This document shows, one piece after another, positions 30,530 through 41,940 of a stretch of DNA of 64,000 nt. Each line of letters opens with the position of its first letter. Position 1 is the stretch's first letter. Both the position numbers and the translations under genes were made by a program. The notes beneath the pieces are model-generated. The model ran no database searches. It worked only from the letters and a program-made list of their open reading frames with translations, and had not been told where the DNA came from. The DNA lies in NCBI GenBank assembly GCA_963833985.1, contig CAWIAD010000001.1, positions 3,072,001 through 3,136,000 of the forward strand. Reading direction: 5' to 3'. This DNA is from an uncultured Planctomycetaceae bacterium. GTDB lineage: Bacteria; Planctomycetota; Planctomycetia; Isosphaerales; Isosphaeraceae.

Positions 30530-31857
30530 TCAAACACGAGTCCATGAGGTTACTCAAACGTGAATATCCGCGAACGGGAGCTGCGAACATGAGCTCGATC
30601 GGGGGCGTCCCAGCAGGTGCGGTACGCAAAGGAATTTCTGATGGTGGGTTGCGCTGCGCCGACTCGCCTGGCGAGTCGTGGCGTCCGGTTCACGGGCTGT
30701 TGCTTTTGCTCGTGAGGCTGACGCTGCTGGGGGTTGCCGCCTGGCGTCCTGTACCCGTCCACGGCCAGGACTTCACGCCGCGGACGCTCCGGGCCCCGCT
30801 CCAGGAAGAGACCGGCCGGCGGACGCCGCCGGAGATGAACCACGTGCCCTCGGACGTGCGCGACAACGCGGGGCTGTTCTCGCCCACTGCGGTGGCGGCC
30901 GCGCGGGCCGCGCTGGAGAAGCTGGAGCGCACGCTGGGCGTGCCGGTGCTGGTTGAGACGGTGGAATCGCTGGGGGGCGAGAGCGTCGACGAGGCGGCAC
31001 TGCGGCACGCGCGGCGGGCCGGAGCGCAGGGGGTGTTCATCCTCATCGCCCGCAAGGAGTCGAAGATCGAGGTACTGGCGTCGCGGCGCTATAGCGAGGC
31101 GCTGTCGCGGCCGTCGCGACTGGGCGTCCGCTCGGCGTTCGTCGATGCGTTCCGGGAGAAGGATTTCGACGGCGGGCTGCGTGAGGGAATCTCGACGCTG
31201 GAGACCGCGCTCGCCGCGGCCAGGCGGCAGGGCAAGCTGCCGCAGGCGGAGCAGCCGGCCGGCCGTGATGAGTCGCCGGAACAGCCGCGCCGGATCCTTC
31301 CCCGGTCCAGCGCCGGCGCAGGTTCCGCAGCCAGCTTCGAGGGGACCGGCGGGCACGAGACAGAGGCAGGCAACGAGCGGGATCGGGGCAGTTCGTTGAT
31401 CGTCCGCAACCAGGTCCGACTGACGCTGGACGGGGCGCGGACGATGATGGCGGCAGCCGCGCGGCAGGCGGCAGCCATGAACCTGAAGATGAACATCGCC
31501 GTGGTGGACGACGGCGGGCACCTGCTGACCTTTGAGCGCATGGACGGCGCCCGGCCGGCCAGCGGCTATACGGCCATCACCAAGGCGACGACCGCGGCGA
31601 CCTTCCGCCAGCCCAGCGGGCCGATCCCCGCGGGCACGGCGAGCCCCGACCTACTGTTGAACGTGAGCCTTCAGCTCGCAGCCCAGTCGAGCGGGGGCAA
31701 GCTCACCACGCTGCTGGGGGGAGTGCCCGTCGTCGTGGAGGGCCAGGTGATCGGCGCTCTGGGCGTGGGAGGCGGCTCGGGCGAACAGGATGCTCAGGTG
31801 GCTCGCGCCGGGGTCCAGGCGCTGCTCGATGCGTTGCGGACGCAGGAGCCACGCTGA
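30526..31857 (+). CDS. TPM-domain plus GlcG/HbpS heme-binding fusion (start uncertain)
   Basis: VRDNAGLFS...VLVETVESL...GVFILI (TPM); NIAVVDDGGHL..FERMDGA..KATTAA..GGVPV..IGALGVGG (GlcG/HbpS). Confidence 0.75.
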   Translation: MIKHESMRLLKREYPRTGAANMSSIGGVPAGAVRKGISDGGLRCADSPGESWRPVHGLLLLLVRLTLLGVAAWRPVPVHGQDFTPRTLRAPLQEETGRRTPPEMNHVPSDVRDNAGLFSPTAVAAARAALEKLERTLGVPVLVETVESLGGESVDEAALRHARRAGAQGVFILIARKESKIEVLASRRYSEALSRPSRLGVRSAFVDAFREKDFDGGLREGISTLETALAAARRQGKLPQAEQPAGRDESPEQPRRILPRSSAGAGSAASFEGTGGHETEAGNERDRGSSLIVRNQVRLTLDGARTMMAAAARQAAAMNLKMNIAVVDDGGHLLTFERMDGARPASGYTAITKATTAATFRQPSGPIPAGTASPDLLLNVSLQLAAQSSGGKLTTLLGGVPVVVEGQVIGALGVGGGSGEQDAQVARAGVQALLDALRTQEPR

Positions 31858-31898
31858 GCGTCATTCGCCCTCTGCCGCTCGGCCGCCACGTACGTAGT

Positions 31899-32480
31899 CT
31901 ACGGGTTGATCTCCAGGCCGGACCATCGGCCGCGGTCGTCCATGGAGTATTTCCAGCGGTGCTGGGGGTTACCCTGAAGCTCCAGGTGATCGACGTCGCG
32001 GACTTCCAGAACAATCAGACGGAAATGCGGCAGGGGCTCGAGCGGGTCGGGTGCGTGCGTGGGAAATGGGGCCAGGGGCACGCGCGCCTGGCCTGGCTCG
32101 GGCCAGGTGTAGGTAAGCCGCGATTCATCGGACATTTCGCGCGATACCTCGAGCCGGGTCTCGCGCAGAGTGCGCTCGAGCGTCTCTGGGCCAACGGAGA
32201 TGACCGTGCCGCCGAACCGGAACTGCTCGCGGGTGAGGTGGAAGTACCAGCAGGCCTCGGCCCAGGGCGCGTTTTCCAGCTCGGCGGTCTTGGTGCTACG
32301 GCCGTCGGTGGCGAAGGTAAGCTTGTGGGTATCTCCCAGGAAGCCCCGGAAGACGAGCGTGCGCACGGCGGGCCGGCCGGAGTCGCGGACCGTCGCCAGC
32401 TGGACGAACCGCACCTGCGGAGACTGCCGGTTCCTGTGCAAGGCCAGGTCAAGTGAAGGACGCCACAGTTCTTCAGCCAT
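31899..32480 (-). CDS. Pyridoxamine 5'-phosphate oxidase-like FMN flavoprotein
   Basis: VQLATV..GRPAVRTLVFRGF, TDGRSTK, EACWYF..TREQFR, VDHLEL and EINP. Confidence 0.82.
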   Translation of the reverse strand: MAEELWRPSLDLALHRNRQSPQVRFVQLATVRDSGRPAVRTLVFRGFLGDTHKLTFATDGRSTKTAELENAPWAEACWYFHLTREQFRFGGTVISVGPETLERTLRETRLEVSREMSDESRLTYTWPEPGQARVPLAPFPTHAPDPLEPLPHFRLIVLEVRDVDHLELQGNPQHRWKYSMDDRGRWSGLEINP

Positions 32481-32556
32481 GCACCTATTCTGAGCCAAGA
32501 GGTGCGCCGGGGAAAGACCAATCCCCTCACGGATGCGGGTAGCCTCGGGGGTTCGG

Positions 32557-33428
32557 TCACTCGAGTGATCCGATCAGCGAGCCGAGGCGGACGAGTGCGC
32601 GGTGGACCTCGTCGATGGTGCGATCGAGGGTGGACGTGCCCGCCGTGAGGCCGACCACGGCGAAGCCATGAAACCAGGCCGGGTCCAGCTCGGCCGCGGA
32701 CTGTACGTGCAGCACGGGCCGGCCCTGACGGCGGCAGAGCTCCGCCAGCTCACGGGTGTTGTTCGAGTTCCGGCCGCCCACGACCACGACCGCATCGACA
32801 CGGCCCAGCAGCCGCTCCAGCGCGCGCTGATGGTCCTTGGTGGGCTGGCAAATGGTGTCGATGAAGCGAACCTCGGCGTGCGGGTTACGCGCGACAATGG
32901 CCGCACGGATCGTCGCGGCCTGGGACTCGGTGACGGTCGTCTGGCAGAGGACGCCCAGCCGGGACGACGGGTACGCGCGGACGTCGTCCTCGGACTCGAG
33001 CACTTCGGCGTGGTCCAGGCTGCCGACGATCCCGCGGACCTCCACGTGCCCCTTGCGACCGATCACCAGAACGGAATAGCCCTCGGCCTCGAGGACCCGC
33101 GCGGCCTGGTGGCGCGCTCCACGAGCGGGCAGGTCGTGTCAATGAGCGTCTTGCCGGCCGCCTGGAGTGCGTGCCGCCGGCGATCGCTGATCCCGTGCGC
33201 CGTCACCAGCACCCGCGGGCTGGCCGGTACGGGGCGCGTCGGGGTGCCATTTTGCGGCTCGTCCTCCATCGAGAACCCGCGCGCTTCCAGCTCGCCCAGC
33301 ACCACCTCGTTATGCACAAGCTGGCCCAGGATCGTCACGCCCCCGGGGTCTGCAACTTGACCAATCGTGTGCAGGGCGTCGCGCACGCCGAAGCACATTC
33401 CCAGCACATCCGCCCGGATCACGCGCAT
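32557..33428 (-). CDS. ispH: 4-hydroxy-3-methylbut-2-enyl diphosphate reductase; frameshift near 33111
   Basis: GMCFGVRDA, LVHN, TAHG, DTTCPLV, GHVEVRG, QTT, DTICQPT, GGRNSNNT and TAGTST. Confidence 0.88.
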
Positions 33429-33519
33429 GGCCTGTCTCCTCCCGGCCGGCTCGCTACTCGCTGGGCCAGCCTGCTTGATTCATCGGGGCCCTTTGGCGGT
33501 CACTTGTATTCGCCAATAA

Positions 33520-33534
33520 CTTTGCACCACAAAG
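33520..33534. promoter_or_regulatory. Palindromic operator candidate CTTTG-N5-CAAAG upstream of ispH
   Basis: CTTTGCACCACAAAG; sister site at 34677. Confidence 0.5.
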
Positions 33535-33597
33535 CAAGACGCACCAGAAAAGGGGCGGCCCGCGGAGCAGGGCCGACCAGCGGGCACACGGTTCGGT

Positions 33598-33996
33598 TCA
33601 GACGGGCGACCAGCCTTCGGTGAGGTTGGCCGAAGCGCCGGTCCTGGCGGCCTTGAGGGCATCCCGGACCACGGTCTCCAGGACGTTGATGTACTCAAGG
33701 AAGCGGCGGCGGCCGTCGTCAGTGAGCCGGCAGAGGGTCTGGGGGCGGTTCTTGTGGAAGCCTTTCCAGATCTCCACGAAGCCAGCCTCACTGAGCACCT
33801 GAAGGTGGCGGCTGAGGTTGCCGTCGGTCAGGTTGCAAAGTTCCTTGAGGTCGGCGAAGACGAGCCCGCGTGGATTGGTCACGAGCGAGGTCATGATGCC
33901 AAGCCTGGCCTTCTCGTGGAAGATCCGCTCCAGGCCCTCGTAAGCGAACCGGCCCAGGGCATCGTCGTGCGTGGTTTCAGGAGGCGTCATGGTCAC
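33598..33996 (-). CDS. Winged-helix transcriptional regulator (ArsR/MarR-like)
   Basis: IFHEKARLGIMTSL, LTDGNLSRHLQVL and RPQTLCRLT..GRRRF. Confidence 0.85.
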   Translation of the reverse strand: MTMTPPETTHDDALGRFAYEGLERIFHEKARLGIMTSLVTNPRGLVFADLKELCNLTDGNLSRHLQVLSEAGFVEIWKGFHKNRPQTLCRLTDDGRRRFLEYINVLETVVRDALKAARTGASANLTEGWSPV

Positions 33997-34591
33997 GCTC
34001 CAGTGTCTGATAAAGCACGGCGGCGGCCAGAAGTTGCCCCAGGCAGAACGGCAGGCCCATGGCCCAGGCGTCCAGCGCGTGCTGGCCCTGCATGAACGCC
34101 AGCGCGACCAGCCCGGTCAGCAGGTAGAAGACGGCCACGCCGAACATGAGGCGCGGGAGCAACCGCCGCGAGGCGAAGATGCCCAGGCTGTAGAGCACCT
34201 GCCAGAGACCTGGCAAGATCCAGACGCTCTCGGGCGCCGAGCGCACCACGACCAGCGTCACCAGGGCACCGGCGATGAGGCAGGGGCAGAACTGCTCGAG
34301 CGCCAGGAAGGTGAGCTCGCGGGTCAGCGGCGAGGCGGCATGCCGGGCGCGAATGCCCATCTCCACCACCGCGGAGGCACCGCTGATGGCCGCGGCCCCG
34401 ATCCACAGGATCAGGTAGGTGTTGATCTCCTGGACCGGGTCCTGCACCACCAGCGACTGAAGCGCCGCGGCCAGCAGCGCGACCAGCCCGGAGAAGGCTG
34501 CCGGCACCGCGCGATAACCCCGGAACAGCTCGGTCCGGGCCATCTGCAACCGGATCTCGGTGATCTGAGTGAGCGCCTCACGAAGTTCCAT
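33977..34591 (-). CDS. Multi-pass membrane protein upstream of the regulator
   Basis: MELREALTQITEIR..FRGY followed by about 6 hydrophobic helices. Confidence 0.7.
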   Translation of the reverse strand: MELREALTQITEIRLQMARTELFRGYRAVPAAFSGLVALLAAALQSLVVQDPVQEINTYLILWIGAAAISGASAVVEMGIRARHAASPLTRELTFLALEQFCPCLIAGALVTLVVVRSAPESVWILPGLWQVLYSLGIFASRRLLPRLMFGVAVFYLLTGLVALAFMQGQHALDAWAMGLPFCLGQLLAAAVLYQTLERDHDAS

Positions 34592-34676
34592 GCACGAGCC
34601 TCCCAGGAGCCCCCGATCGCCGCACGTTGTGGTGCCAGCCATGTCTTCCGGTAGACCTGCCCCGGACACACGAACG

Positions 34677-34691
34677 CTTTGCATTGTAAAG
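34677..34691. promoter_or_regulatory. Palindromic operator candidate upstream of the membrane protein-regulator operon
   Basis: (G)CTTTGCATTGTAAAG(C). Confidence 0.5.
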
Positions 34692-34951
34692 CCTCAAGGC
34701 CGCGCTGTCAATGCCTTCCAGTTGCGCGGTCGGGCGGTCCAGGCGTCGCTCGCCCGGGTCGCCGGGCGGCCAGGGAATGGAATGCCGTCGTGCGAACCCG
34801 CCGGATTCGGTGTACACTGGTGGCATTGGCACCAGAGGTTCTTGAGAATCCAGTTGATGCCGCTGTGACCGGTCGGCGTGCCAGCCATTTTCGAACGGTT
34901 TCCCCGAGGGGGACTCAATTCTCCCCGGGGAGCACGAGAACGCCTTCCACG

Positions 34952-36378
34952 ATGGATTATTCACAGTTCTTGATCATCGCCGGGCTGATCCTGGTCAACG
35001 CCTATTTCGTGACCGCCGAGTTCGCTCTGGTGAAGGTGCGGACCAGCCAGATCGACCAGCTCGTGGAGCAGGGAAGCTGGGCGGCACGCATGACCAGCAA
35101 GGCCCTGGACAAGCTGGACGTCTACCTCTCGGCCTCCCAGATCGGCATCACGGTTGCCAGCCTGGCGCTGGGGCGGGCCATCCAGGACTGGGTTGAGCCG
35201 ATGGTCGCCGCGGCCTTCTCCAACATGGCAGGCCTGCCCGGCATTCGCCAGGGCCTGGGCTTTCTGGCGCGGCCTGCCGCAGCCTCTTTGGTGTCGTCGG
35301 GCTCGACTTCGAGCGGCTGGTACCCGGGGTCTCGGTGGGGATCGTCCCGGTCGCAGCGCTCTGCCTGGTAACGTTCCTGCACATGGCGCTGGGCGAGCAG
35401 GCCCCGAAAACGCTGGCCATCCGCGCCCCGAGGATCCTCGCGCTGGTGACGGCGCCTCCGCTGGTTCTGATCGGCCACGTCTTCTGGCCGGTGATCTGGC
35501 TGCTGAACACGGCCAGCAACCTGACGCTGCGGGTGATCGGCCTGGGTCAAGGGAGCCACGAGGAGTTGACCCACACCGAGGAAGAGCTGCGGCATATCGT
35601 GCTCGAAAGCGTGGAAGGCGGGCACCTCTCGCGGAACGAGCGGATGATGATCGAGAACGTGCTCGACCTGGAAGAGAAGACCGCGCGGCGGGTGATGGTC
35701 CCGCGGCCGGACATCGTCTACCTGAGTCTGTCGCGTCCGCTCGAGGAGAACCTCCGGCTGGCGCGCCAGGCGGGGCACACGCGTTTTCCGCTTTGCGAGG
35801 ACGACCTCACCACCGTGATCGGCATGATTCACGTCAAGGACGTCTTCCGCTCCGGCGGGCTCCAGAACGGCCGGGTTGATCTCCGCCACCTGGCGCGCAA
35901 GGTGCCGTTCCTTCCGGTCACGCTGCGGCTCGACCAGCTTCTGCTCGAGTTCCAGAAGAACCGGGTGCACCTGGCGATGCTGCTCGACGAGTACGGCAGC
36001 GTGGTGGGAATGGTGACGCTTGAAAATGTGCTCGAGGAGCTGGTCGGGCCTATCCAGGACGAGTTCGACCGGGAGCCGCCCCAGGTGACGCCGGTGGGTA
36101 ACAATGTTTTCGAGGTCGAGGCGACATGCCCGCTGGACGTCCTGGCCGAGCAGGTGGGCATGGAGATTCCGGAGACCGAGGCCGAGACGGCCGGCGGCCT
36201 GGTGCTCGACCTCCTGGGCCGCCTGGCCCGTGCCGGAGACAGCGTGCAGACCGGAGGCCATCGCCTCACCGTGATCCGTGCCGACCCGACGCGAATTCGC
36301 AGGATCCGCATCGAGCCGGTCGAGGAACCCGAGGTGGAATCGCGAGGAAACCAAGCGGAAAAGGCCGATGGGCCGTAG
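34952..36378 (+). CDS. HlyC/CorC (CNNM-CBS) family membrane protein; frameshift near 35280
   Basis: AEFALVKVR, SQIGITVASLALG, GEQAPK, VMVPRPDI, HTRFPL, DEYG and TLENVLEELVG. Confidence 0.88.
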
Positions 36379-37509
36379 CCTTTGACTCCGAGCTCTCGAG
36401 CCAGCTCCGCAGAGTGGCGGCCACCTCGCCACAGGAGGCGTAGCGGCTTGCGGGAACCTTGGAGAGCATCTTCTCGCAGATCGCGGCCAGATGAGGCGGG
36501 ATGCGCGGGTTGATGGATCGTGGCGAACAGGGATCTTCGTTCGCAACCTGATAGAGCACGTAGAGTGGCGGCCCGGTGAACGGCAGCCTGCCACAAAGCA
36601 GCTCGTAGAAGACGGCACCAAGACTGTACTGATCGCTGGCGGGCAGGACGACGCCATCGACACCGCGTGCCAGCTCGGGTGCGACGTATGCCGGCGTACC
36701 GTGCCGCACGTCCACCTGACGAGGGAGCTCACCGGAATCGGGCCGGCAGGCAATGCCGAAATCCATGAGGTGAACCTGCCCCGCCTGATCGAGCAAAATG
36801 TTCAGTGGCTTGACGTCCCGGTGAACGATGCCCTGGCGATGAGCATGGGCCAGCGCCTCGGCCACATCCGCGACGATCTCCACAGCCCCGCGAACCTCGA
36901 CTCGGCCGGCTTCACGCTGGAGCCGATCCGCCAGGCTCTCGCCTTCCACGAGACCCATGACGATGAAGATGCAATCGGCGTCCTGGCCGACCTCGAAGAC
37001 CGGAACGATCCGCGGATGCTTGAGGCGCGCAGCGCTCGTGCTTCGTTGAGGAATCGCTCCTTCGTCCGCTCGTGCCGCAGCAACGAGGGTCTTGGCACCT
37101 TCAGTGCCACCGGCCGATCGAGTATGGGATCATAACCGCGATAGACCCGCGACTGATGCCCTTCTCCGAGCATGCCCAGAATCTGGTATCGTCCCAGTCG
37201 AGCGAGGCCCTTGCAACACGCGGTGGAGTCAGGCTCAAGCAGCGCCCGGCCCCAGGATGGGTCGTCATGGCCCCAGCCGAGCGTGGTCCAGTGAGGCTCA
37301 GGCCACCCGCCGTTGTCCTCGGGTCGCAAGCGGGCCAGGCCCGACGCACGTTCGCCCACGCCATGTGTCGTGGAATCGGCCTGCTCCGCAATGCTGCCGC
37401 CCAGCCTGCCATGGCAGCGCGGGCACCGGAAGATGCGCCCGGGAGGGTCACGGCTGACGCGCGAAAGTTGACCGCATCCCGGGTTGGGACAACGGATCAG
37501 CAGATTCAT
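36266..37509 (-). CDS. Ser/Thr protein kinase with N-terminal zinc ribbon; frameshift near 37030
   Basis: IRCPNPGC...FRCPRC; LGEGHQSRVY (atypical Gly loop), VALK, HRDVKP, DFG, GTPAYVAPE and SDQYSLG. Confidence 0.82.
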
Positions 37510-37642
37510 GATGCCTCCGCCTCGGCACGGCCCCGTCCTCTCCGGCGGCGTCGCCGGGCGGACTGGAAAGAGTGGCCATGAGGCCGCGCGGGTCTCATGG
37601 ACCGTTCGACACCTCAAGAACTCCGAGAAACCCTCGTTCTCA

Positions 37643-38641
37643 TCACTCGGGTGAATCGAATGCCATCCTGGCGGATCCGCGAGCAATGTCGAACTCACTC
37701 TTGGCGCAGCGCAGCGTGTCCTGTAAACGGTCGAGCACCCTCTCGAACGCTTGCCGCTCAAGCTCCCTGCCTTCGGAGGCCGTCTTGAGCTCGGAGACAA
37801 GCTGGCCGGCCCGTACCTCACAGTGCGAGACCCGATCCAGCGCGTCCCGCAGAATGGACCGCTCGCCCGCGGCTGTCTTGAGCCCGGAGATGCCGGCTGG
37901 CGTCGGCGTCTGTCGAGGACGAGAATAAGAAAAGCGGCCCGGGCCACCATTGCGGCCGGGATGGGGAGCGGACGGAACCGGCAAGCCCGCGCCGTTCTGA
38001 ATCGGCAGCCCGCGGATTCGATCGAGCTCTCCGGGGATTCGATCAAGCTCCCGGAGAAGCGTCATGCAGCGGTCCTCGACGCGCTGAAGCGCGACGCTCA
38101 GCCGCTCGATCTCGAGCTTGTCCCGCTCGGCGGCGGCCTGGCTTTCCGTTCGCCACTGGGTCAGGGAACTGAGGGTACTCTGCTGCTGGACCTTGAGCTC
38201 AAGCAGGGCTTGCTCCACAGGTACGATCCGTTCGCCATGCTGCTGTTGTGCGGCATTCATGCGGTCAAGCTGGGCCAGCGCAGCCTCGAGCCCCCTGTCA
38301 GGCTCTCCCTCGATGTGCAGACCCGCCGCCGGGTCGTGGAGCGGCAGGATCGCCACATGCTCGCCCGGGCAGGTCTTCCGCGAGCTGGTGGCCAGCTCCG
38401 GCCGGGCGCGGAAGGGCTCGTTGCAATGCCTGCAGACCACCTGGCGGTCAAGCATCTGCGGCAGGACTCGCAAGGAGGCTCGACACCCGGGGCAAGTGAT
38501 GTAAACGTGACCGGGCATCTGAAACACATGCTTGCAAACTTTGCATCGGGACCTCTGTCCCAGAAGTTCCGTGTAGGCCGGGCCTTCGTGCCGGCAGTAC
38601 GGACACTGAATGGTAACGGTCGACCGGATTGTCGAGCACAT
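37643..38641 (-). CDS. Double zinc-ribbon plus coiled-coil protein
   Basis: CPYC..CKVC..CPGC..CRHC followed by Q/E/L-rich heptads. Confidence 0.65.
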   Translation of the reverse strand: MCSTIRSTVTIQCPYCRHEGPAYTELLGQRSRCKVCKHVFQMPGHVYITCPGCRASLRVLPQMLDRQVVCRHCNEPFRARPELATSSRKTCPGEHVAILPLHDPAAGLHIEGEPDRGLEAALAQLDRMNAAQQQHGERIVPVEQALLELKVQQQSTLSSLTQWRTESQAAAERDKLEIERLSVALQRVEDRCMTLLRELDRIPGELDRIRGLPIQNGAGLPVPSAPHPGRNGGPGRFSYSRPRQTPTPAGISGLKTAAGERSILRDALDRVSHCEVRAGQLVSELKTASEGRELERQAFERVLDRLQDTLRCAKSEFDIARGSARMAFDSPE

Positions 38642-38987
38642 CGTGGTGATTCCCTTGTATTTCCCTGTTTCAGGACTTCCTCCCGGCGCACCGTCGAAGC
38701 AAACCGTCCTTGGCCAGTGAAACCATAGAATGGCACACGCGAACGGGGAGCGCGACATCAGGAATACCCTGAGGAACCGAACTATCCGCCGCGTGACTCG
38801 CAAGACGCGATCGGCGCGCATGGAATCGACGCACCGCACTGTTTCGAAGGACTCTACGCCCTGATACCGAGGGCGGAACTCGCTTATACTGAGGCGTCCG
38901 CGCTCGGCGGGTCGAGCCTGGGGCGGCGCGATCCGCCTCGTTTGGCCGGGTCAGCCCTGGAATTGACGCCAGGAGTCCAGTGCATCG

Positions 38988-39737
38988 ATGCAAGTTTCTC
39001 TCTTCATCGCCTGTTTCAACGACACGCTGTTTCCGGACACGGGCAAGGCGGTGGTGCGTCTGCTGGAGCGGCTCGGGCACACCGTCGAGTTCCCGATGGG
39101 CCAGACCTGCTGCGGGCAGATGCACTACAACACGGGCTACCAGCGCGAGACCATTCCGCTGGTCCGGCATTTCGTCGATGTCTTCCGCGACAGTGAGTTC
39201 GTCGTCTCGCCCTCGCCCTCGTGCGTGGGGATGGTCCACGAGTCGTTCCCGAAGGTCGCGGAGATGGCCGAGGATGAGTCGCTGGCGCGGGCGGTGGCCG
39301 AACTGATCCCGCGCGTGCACGACCTGTCGATGTTCCTGGTGCATGAGCTGGGCATCGAGGACGTTGGCGCGTACTTTCCGCACCAGGTGACGTTCCACCC
39401 GACGTGCCACTCCCAGCGCATTCTGCGAATCGGCGACGCTCCCCAGCGGCTGTTGCGGAGAGTGCGGGGCATCCGGCTCGTGGAGCTGCCCCATGCAGAG
39501 GAGTGCTGCGGCTTCGGGGGGACCTTCTCGGTGAAGAATGCCGATACCTCGGCGGCCATGCTGGCCGACAAGTTGCGCTGTGTGCTGGACACGGGTGCCG
39601 AGTACTGTGCCGCGGCGGATAACTCCTGCCTCATGCACATCGGCGGCGGCCTGCACCGCCAGCGCACCGGGGTGAGACCTCTGCACCTTGCCGAGATCCT
39701 GGCGTCGACCGAGGAGAACGGGAGCGACCCTTCATGA
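38988..39737 (+). CDS. lutA: Lactate utilization protein A (CCG domains)
   Basis: MQVSLFIACFND, QTCCGQ, HPTCH, ECCGFGGTFSVKN and DNSCLMHIGG. Confidence 0.9.
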   Translation: MQVSLFIACFNDTLFPDTGKAVVRLLERLGHTVEFPMGQTCCGQMHYNTGYQRETIPLVRHFVDVFRDSEFVVSPSPSCVGMVHESFPKVAEMAEDESLARAVAELIPRVHDLSMFLVHELGIEDVGAYFPHQVTFHPTCHSQRILRIGDAPQRLLRRVRGIRLVELPHAEECCGFGGTFSVKNADTSAAMLADKLRCVLDTGAEYCAAADNSCLMHIGGGLHRQRTGVRPLHLAEILASTEENGSDPS

Positions 39738-41259
39738 GCGGCAAGGTGCCGGCCACGCAAGGCGAGCTGATGTCGCGCGACCACGAGCCGTTGCCCACGC
39801 GCCCCGGTCTGTCGTTTCAGGATGCGGCAAGGCTCTCGCTGGCAGACCCCCAACTTCGCCACAACATGGGGGTGGCCACCCAGACAATCCTGCGCCAAGC
39901 GGGCCAGAGTTGTGCAGGAACTGCCGGACTGGGAGCTGCTGCGCGAGGCCGTGCGCGCCATCAAGTACCGGACTCTGCGGCACCTCGACTCCTATCTCTT
40001 GCAGCTCGAGTCGGTTGTCAGGCGCGCCGGCGGAACGGTCCACTGGGCACGCGACGCCGCCGAGGCGAACCAGATCATTGCCGGCATCGCCACGGCCCAG
40101 GGTGCCAGGGAGGTGGTCAAGATCAAGTCTCTGACCAGCGACGAGATCGGCCTCAACGAAGCGCTCAGCAAGGTGGGAGTGGAAGCCATCGAGACGGACC
40201 TCGCCGAGCTGATCATCCAGCTTGCCGGCGAGCGGTCCTCACACATCCTGGTGCCCGCAATCCACAAGAACCGCGCGGAGATCCGCGCCGTTCCGCCGCC
40301 GGATCAAGGACACCGAGGGGCTCACCGATGACCCCGCCGCCCTCGCCGCCGCCGCCCGGGCCCACCTTCGAGCGAAGTTCCTGAGCGCCCCCGTGGCCGT
40401 CAGCGGCGTGAACTTCGCCGTGGCAGAAACCGGCACGATCTGCATCGTCGAATCCGAAGGCAACGGCCGCATGTGCCTCACCTTGCCGCGTGTGCTGGTC
40501 TCGGTGATGGGCATCGAAAAGGTCGTCCCCACCTGGCAGGACATGGAGGTCTTCCTCCAGCTCCTGCCGCGCTCGAGCACGGCCGAACGGATGAACCCGT
40601 ACACCTCCTTCTGGACCGGCGTGGCGCCCGGCGACGGTCCCCAGGAATTCCACCTTGTGCTGCTGGATAATGGCAGAACGAAGGTGCTGGCCGACCCGGC
40701 CGGCCGCCAGACGCTGCAATGCATACGCTGCTCTGCATGCTTGAATATCTGCCCGGTCTACGAGCGTACCGGCGGACACGCCTACAACTCGGTCTATCCC
40801 GGGCCAATCGGGGCGATCCTCACGCCCCAGCTCGTGGGGGTTCAGAACGCGAGTTCGCTACCATTTGCCTCGACGCTCTGCGGCGCCTGCTACGACGTTT
40901 GCCCCGTGAAGATCAACATCCCCGAGGTACTCTTGCATCTGCGGGGCGAGGTGGTGCGGCACAAGCAGGAGAGCCGGGTCCTGCCCACCATGGAGGGGCT
41001 TGGCATGAAGATCCTGGCCGACCTCTTCGCCAGCTCCGCGAAGTTCGAGCAGATGCAGAAGCTTGGCCGCCTGGGCCAGCGCCTGTTCTTGAAGCGGGGC
41101 GTGATCACCAGCCTTCCCGGCCCGCTCGGCGGCTGGACGGCCGTGCGGGACATTTATCCGGTCGCCAGCCAGACGTTCCGCGAATGGTGGCGGACGCGAA
41201 AGAGAGATCCGGTCTCTTCCCAGCCCTCATTGCCCCAGCCCGCCGGAGAACTCCCGTGA
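39734..41259 (+). CDS. lutB: Lactate utilization protein B; frameshifts near 39891 and 40288
   Basis: VVKIKSL..EIGLN, ETDLAELIIQL, ESEGNGRMC, CIRCSACLNICPVY, YPGPIG and LCGACYDVCPVKINIP. Confidence 0.88.
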
Positions 41260-41938
41260 GCGATGCCCGGGAAGCCATGATCGGCCGGATTCGCAATGCG
41301 CTACGCGACGTCCCGCGGTCGGAACAGGCCGACGATGTGTCCGTGGAACGATCGTATCGCACAGAAGACCACGAGCCGCTCGCGGAACGACTTCGCCTCT
41401 TCATCGAGCGCGTCCGCGATTACGGGCGCGGGTCCACCTCGTCCGGCCGGAAAGTCTGGCACAGTCCATCGCCGAAACCTGCACCGCGCGTGGCGTGAAG
41501 CGCCTGATCGTGCCGGCCGACCTTCCCGAGGCCTGGGTGCCCGCGGGCCTGGCCGTACTTCGCGAGCCCGGTCTGAGCAACGACAGCCTGGAGAACAGTG
41601 ACGGCGTGCTCACCGCGGCCGCGCTGGGGATCGCCCAGACCGGGACCATCGTTCTCAATGCCGGATTTGCCCAGGGCCGGCGTGCCCTGACCCTGCTGCC
41701 CGACTATCACCTGTGTGTGATCCGCGAGGACCAGGTGATGGGCCTGGTTCCCGAGGCGGTCGCCCGGCTCCGGTCCGCCGCGGCCGAGCCCTCCCGGCCC
41801 ATCACGTTCATCTCCGGTCCTTCGGCCACATCCGACATCGAGCTGAACCGCGTCGAGGGCGTCCACGGGCCAAGGACGCTCGAGGTGCTGCTGGTGACCG
41901 AGCTGGAGCTGGAGTTGCAAGAGGCGCAGTCATCCTGA
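41256..41938 (+). CDS. lutC: Lactate utilization protein C; frameshift near 41425
   Basis: AREAMIGRIRNAL, IAQTGT, GRRALTLLP and ISGPSATSDIEL..VEGVHGP. Confidence 0.85.
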
Positions 41939-41940
41939 CC

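Noticed and set aside
38988..41938. lutABC as electron donor to nitrogenase
   Set aside because: Adjacency only; no nif promoter elements seen upstream.
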